64,000 bases of DNA from an uncultured Verrucomicrobiae bacterium. Its GTDB lineage: Bacteria; Verrucomicrobiota; Verrucomicrobiia; Limisphaerales; JAFGQR01. Location of the stretch: NCBI GenBank assembly GCA_963788655.1, contig CAWBHS010000055.1:1-64000 (forward strand). The letters run 5' to 3'. Position numbers and translations under genes: made by a program. Below the pieces are notes generated by a model. It was given only the letters and a program-made list of their open reading frames with translations, was not told the origin of the DNA and made no database searches. Positions 61,878-64,000 of this stretch are shown piece after piece; positions within the stretch are counted from its first letter, which is position 1, and every line of letters starts with the position of its first letter.

Positions 61878-64000
61878 ATGAAAAGAATTCTCACTACTAT
61901 CCCATTCCTGGGCTGGTCGATCTTGGTAACGACTTGCATCTTCAGTGCCTGTCCGGTCTGTGGCGTTCTGGCGGTGGACGGTTTGCGCAGCGAATACCGC
62001 GTCAACCCGGTCGGCATCGATGTTCCGACGCCGCGGCTCAGTTGGGTGGTTACGTCCGCCGCGCGCGCCCAACGGCAAACGGCCTATCGCGTACTAGTGG
62101 CGAGTACCTCGCGAGCAACTGGCCCGCGACGAAGGCGACCTGTGGGACAGTGGCAAAGTGTTGACCAACGAAACCGCCCACATTGTGTATGGCGGCACGT
62201 CGCTGAAGACCGCCCAAACGGTTTTCTGGAAGGTCCGTGCATGGGACAAGGCGGGGCAGCCTTCGGCGTGGAGCAAACCCGCGACCTGGACCATGGGTTT
62301 GCTGCAACCGACCGACTGGCAAGCCCAATGGATCGCCGATCCGGCCAGCGTGACGAACCACACTATGCGAGGCCCCCTTAACGGGTACCACAGTCAAATC
62401 GCCGGTTCGTCGAATACGACCAAATGGGTGGCCATCGATTTGGGCAAACCGCAGTTGATCGATGGCGTTCGTCTCTTTCCGGCCCGGCCTTATGACTGGC
62501 AGCCGGATACGCCGGGCTTCCTGTTCCCGGCGCGATTCCGGATTGAAGTCGCCGAGCAATCCAGCCTGGCTGATGCGCGGGTGGTGGTGGATCGGACGAC
62601 TGCCGAGGAACCGGGTCCGGGCACCAATGCGCCGGTCTATCGGTTTGAGTCCACCAGTGCGCGTTACGTTCGCCTCACCGTCACCCAATTGCGGCGGCGC
62701 GACAGTGACCAACCATGCGGTGGCCCTGGCGGAAATGCAGGTGTTGGCCGGTGAACAAAACCTGGCGCAAGGCGCCCCGGTCTCCGCGTTGGATTCGATT
62801 GAAAACGGCGCCTGGGCCAAAGCCAATCTTACCGACGGCGTGCTGGTCACTGTGCCGCCGAGTGGCGGTTCGGGAGCGTTGCCGGCAACGATGGTTCGCA
62901 AGTCGTTCATCTTGCCTGCCGCCGTGCGCAAAGCCACGGCTTACGTCACGGCATTGGGCCTATATGAACTGCGGTTGAATGGCCAGCGGGTCGGTGATCA
63001 TCTGCTTGCGCCGGAGTGGACCGATTATCGTAAGCGCATCCAATACCAGACCTACGACGTTACCCGCCTGCTGCGCGCGGGCGACAATGCGGTCGGCGCG
63101 TTGCTGGGCGAGGGGTGGTACGCCGGGCGGCTCATGGTGGTGGGACGTTTTGCCTACGGCTTTTACCCACGGTTCCTGCTGCGACTCGAAATCGAGTGCG
63201 CCGATGGCACCAGGCAGACCATTGTCACCGACAACTCCTGGCGCGGCACCAACAATGGGCCCATCCGCTCCGCGGGCATTTACGACGGCGAAGTTTATGA
63301 TGCGCGAAAAGAAATGGGCGGTTGGGACGCGCCGGGATTTGACGATGCCCAATGGCGGCCAGTGAATACCTTCGATCTCGGTTCGTCCCGGCTCGGGTGG
63401 CAGCCCAACGAACCCATTCGTGTGACGCAGGAATTGAAGCCGGTGAAACGTGACCGAGCCCAAGCCGGGCGTGTATGTGTTCGATCTCGGGCAGAACATG
63501 GTGGGATGGTGCCGCGTCCAGGCCCAAGGCCGGGCCGGGCAAACGGTCACGATTCGACATGCGGAGATGCTCAATGATGAGGGCACGCTCTACACCGCCA
63601 ACCTACGGCAGGCCCCACAGGTGGACCGTTATACGCCGCGCGCGGATGGGGAGTTCAGCTTCGAGCCCCATTTTACGTATCACGGTTTTCGGTTCGTCGA
63701 GTTGACCGGTCTTGCGGCGCCGCCTGGGCTCGAAGCGGTGCGGGGGCGGGTGTTTCATTCCTCAGCGCCCGAAACCGGAACGTTCGAGTGTTCCAATCCG
63801 GCCCTGAATCAACTCATGCGCAACATCGTGTGGACCCAGCGGGCCAATCTGATGAGTTCGCCGAACGATTGTCCGCAACGGGATGAACGCTTTGGCTGGA
63901 TGGGCGACATCCAGGCGTTTGCGCAGACGGCCATCTTCAACATGGACCTCGCCGCGTTCTTCACGAAGTGGGTGCGCGACATTCGCGATGCCCAGGCGGA
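61878..64000 (+). CDS. Secreted alpha-L-rhamnosidase (GH78) with an F5/8-type (discoidin) insert; frameshifted and truncated by the window end
   Basis: LRSEYRVNP.GID...PRLSW, W.VRAWD, TALGLYE..LNG.RVG...LAP.WTDY, IYDGE.YDAR, DLGQNMVGW; DCPQRDER read directly from the sequence at ~63866-63890. Confidence 0.9.

Noticed and set aside
1..64000. tRNA, rRNA, transposase or integrase genes
   Set aside because: None recognised by eye; a tRNAscan-SE, Rfam and IS search would be needed to exclude them formally.

Overview
GC-rich bacterial window. Gene style suggests Verrucomicrobiota (Pedosphaera/Limisphaera-like); this is an inference, not a search result. About ten otherwise intact genes, including infA and flhA, carry 1-bp indels, most likely uncorrected long-read errors. 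In order, the window holds: (1) a giant repeat-built PA14/Ig surface protein followed by an outer-membrane beta-barrel gene; (2) a two-component system divergent from arylsulfotransferase-DUF1566 and DUF1566 genes; (3) a B12 radical SAM enzyme and an NSS transporter; (4) a flagellar block fliQ-fliR-flhB-flhA-flhF-orf-fliA-motA-motB with two sigma54-type promoters; (5) housekeeping enzymes and a large modular S8 protease; (6) an MmeI-like restriction-modification gene and a ROK protein; (7) a ~13-kb co-oriented cluster of two beta-propellers, two FGE-fold lipoproteins, two unknown paralogues, MBOAT, SGNH-like and O-methyltransferase genes, with mrr inside it; (8) an RRM protein, infA, a sugar ABC transporter and a GH78 rhamnosidase. 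The strongest leads are the uncharacterised 13-kb envelope cluster, many REP-like palindrome families (several translated in frame inside the RM and MBOAT genes), and a C-terminal domain shared by three unrelated secreted proteins. No CRISPR array, rRNA, tRNA, transposase or reverse transcriptase was recognised.
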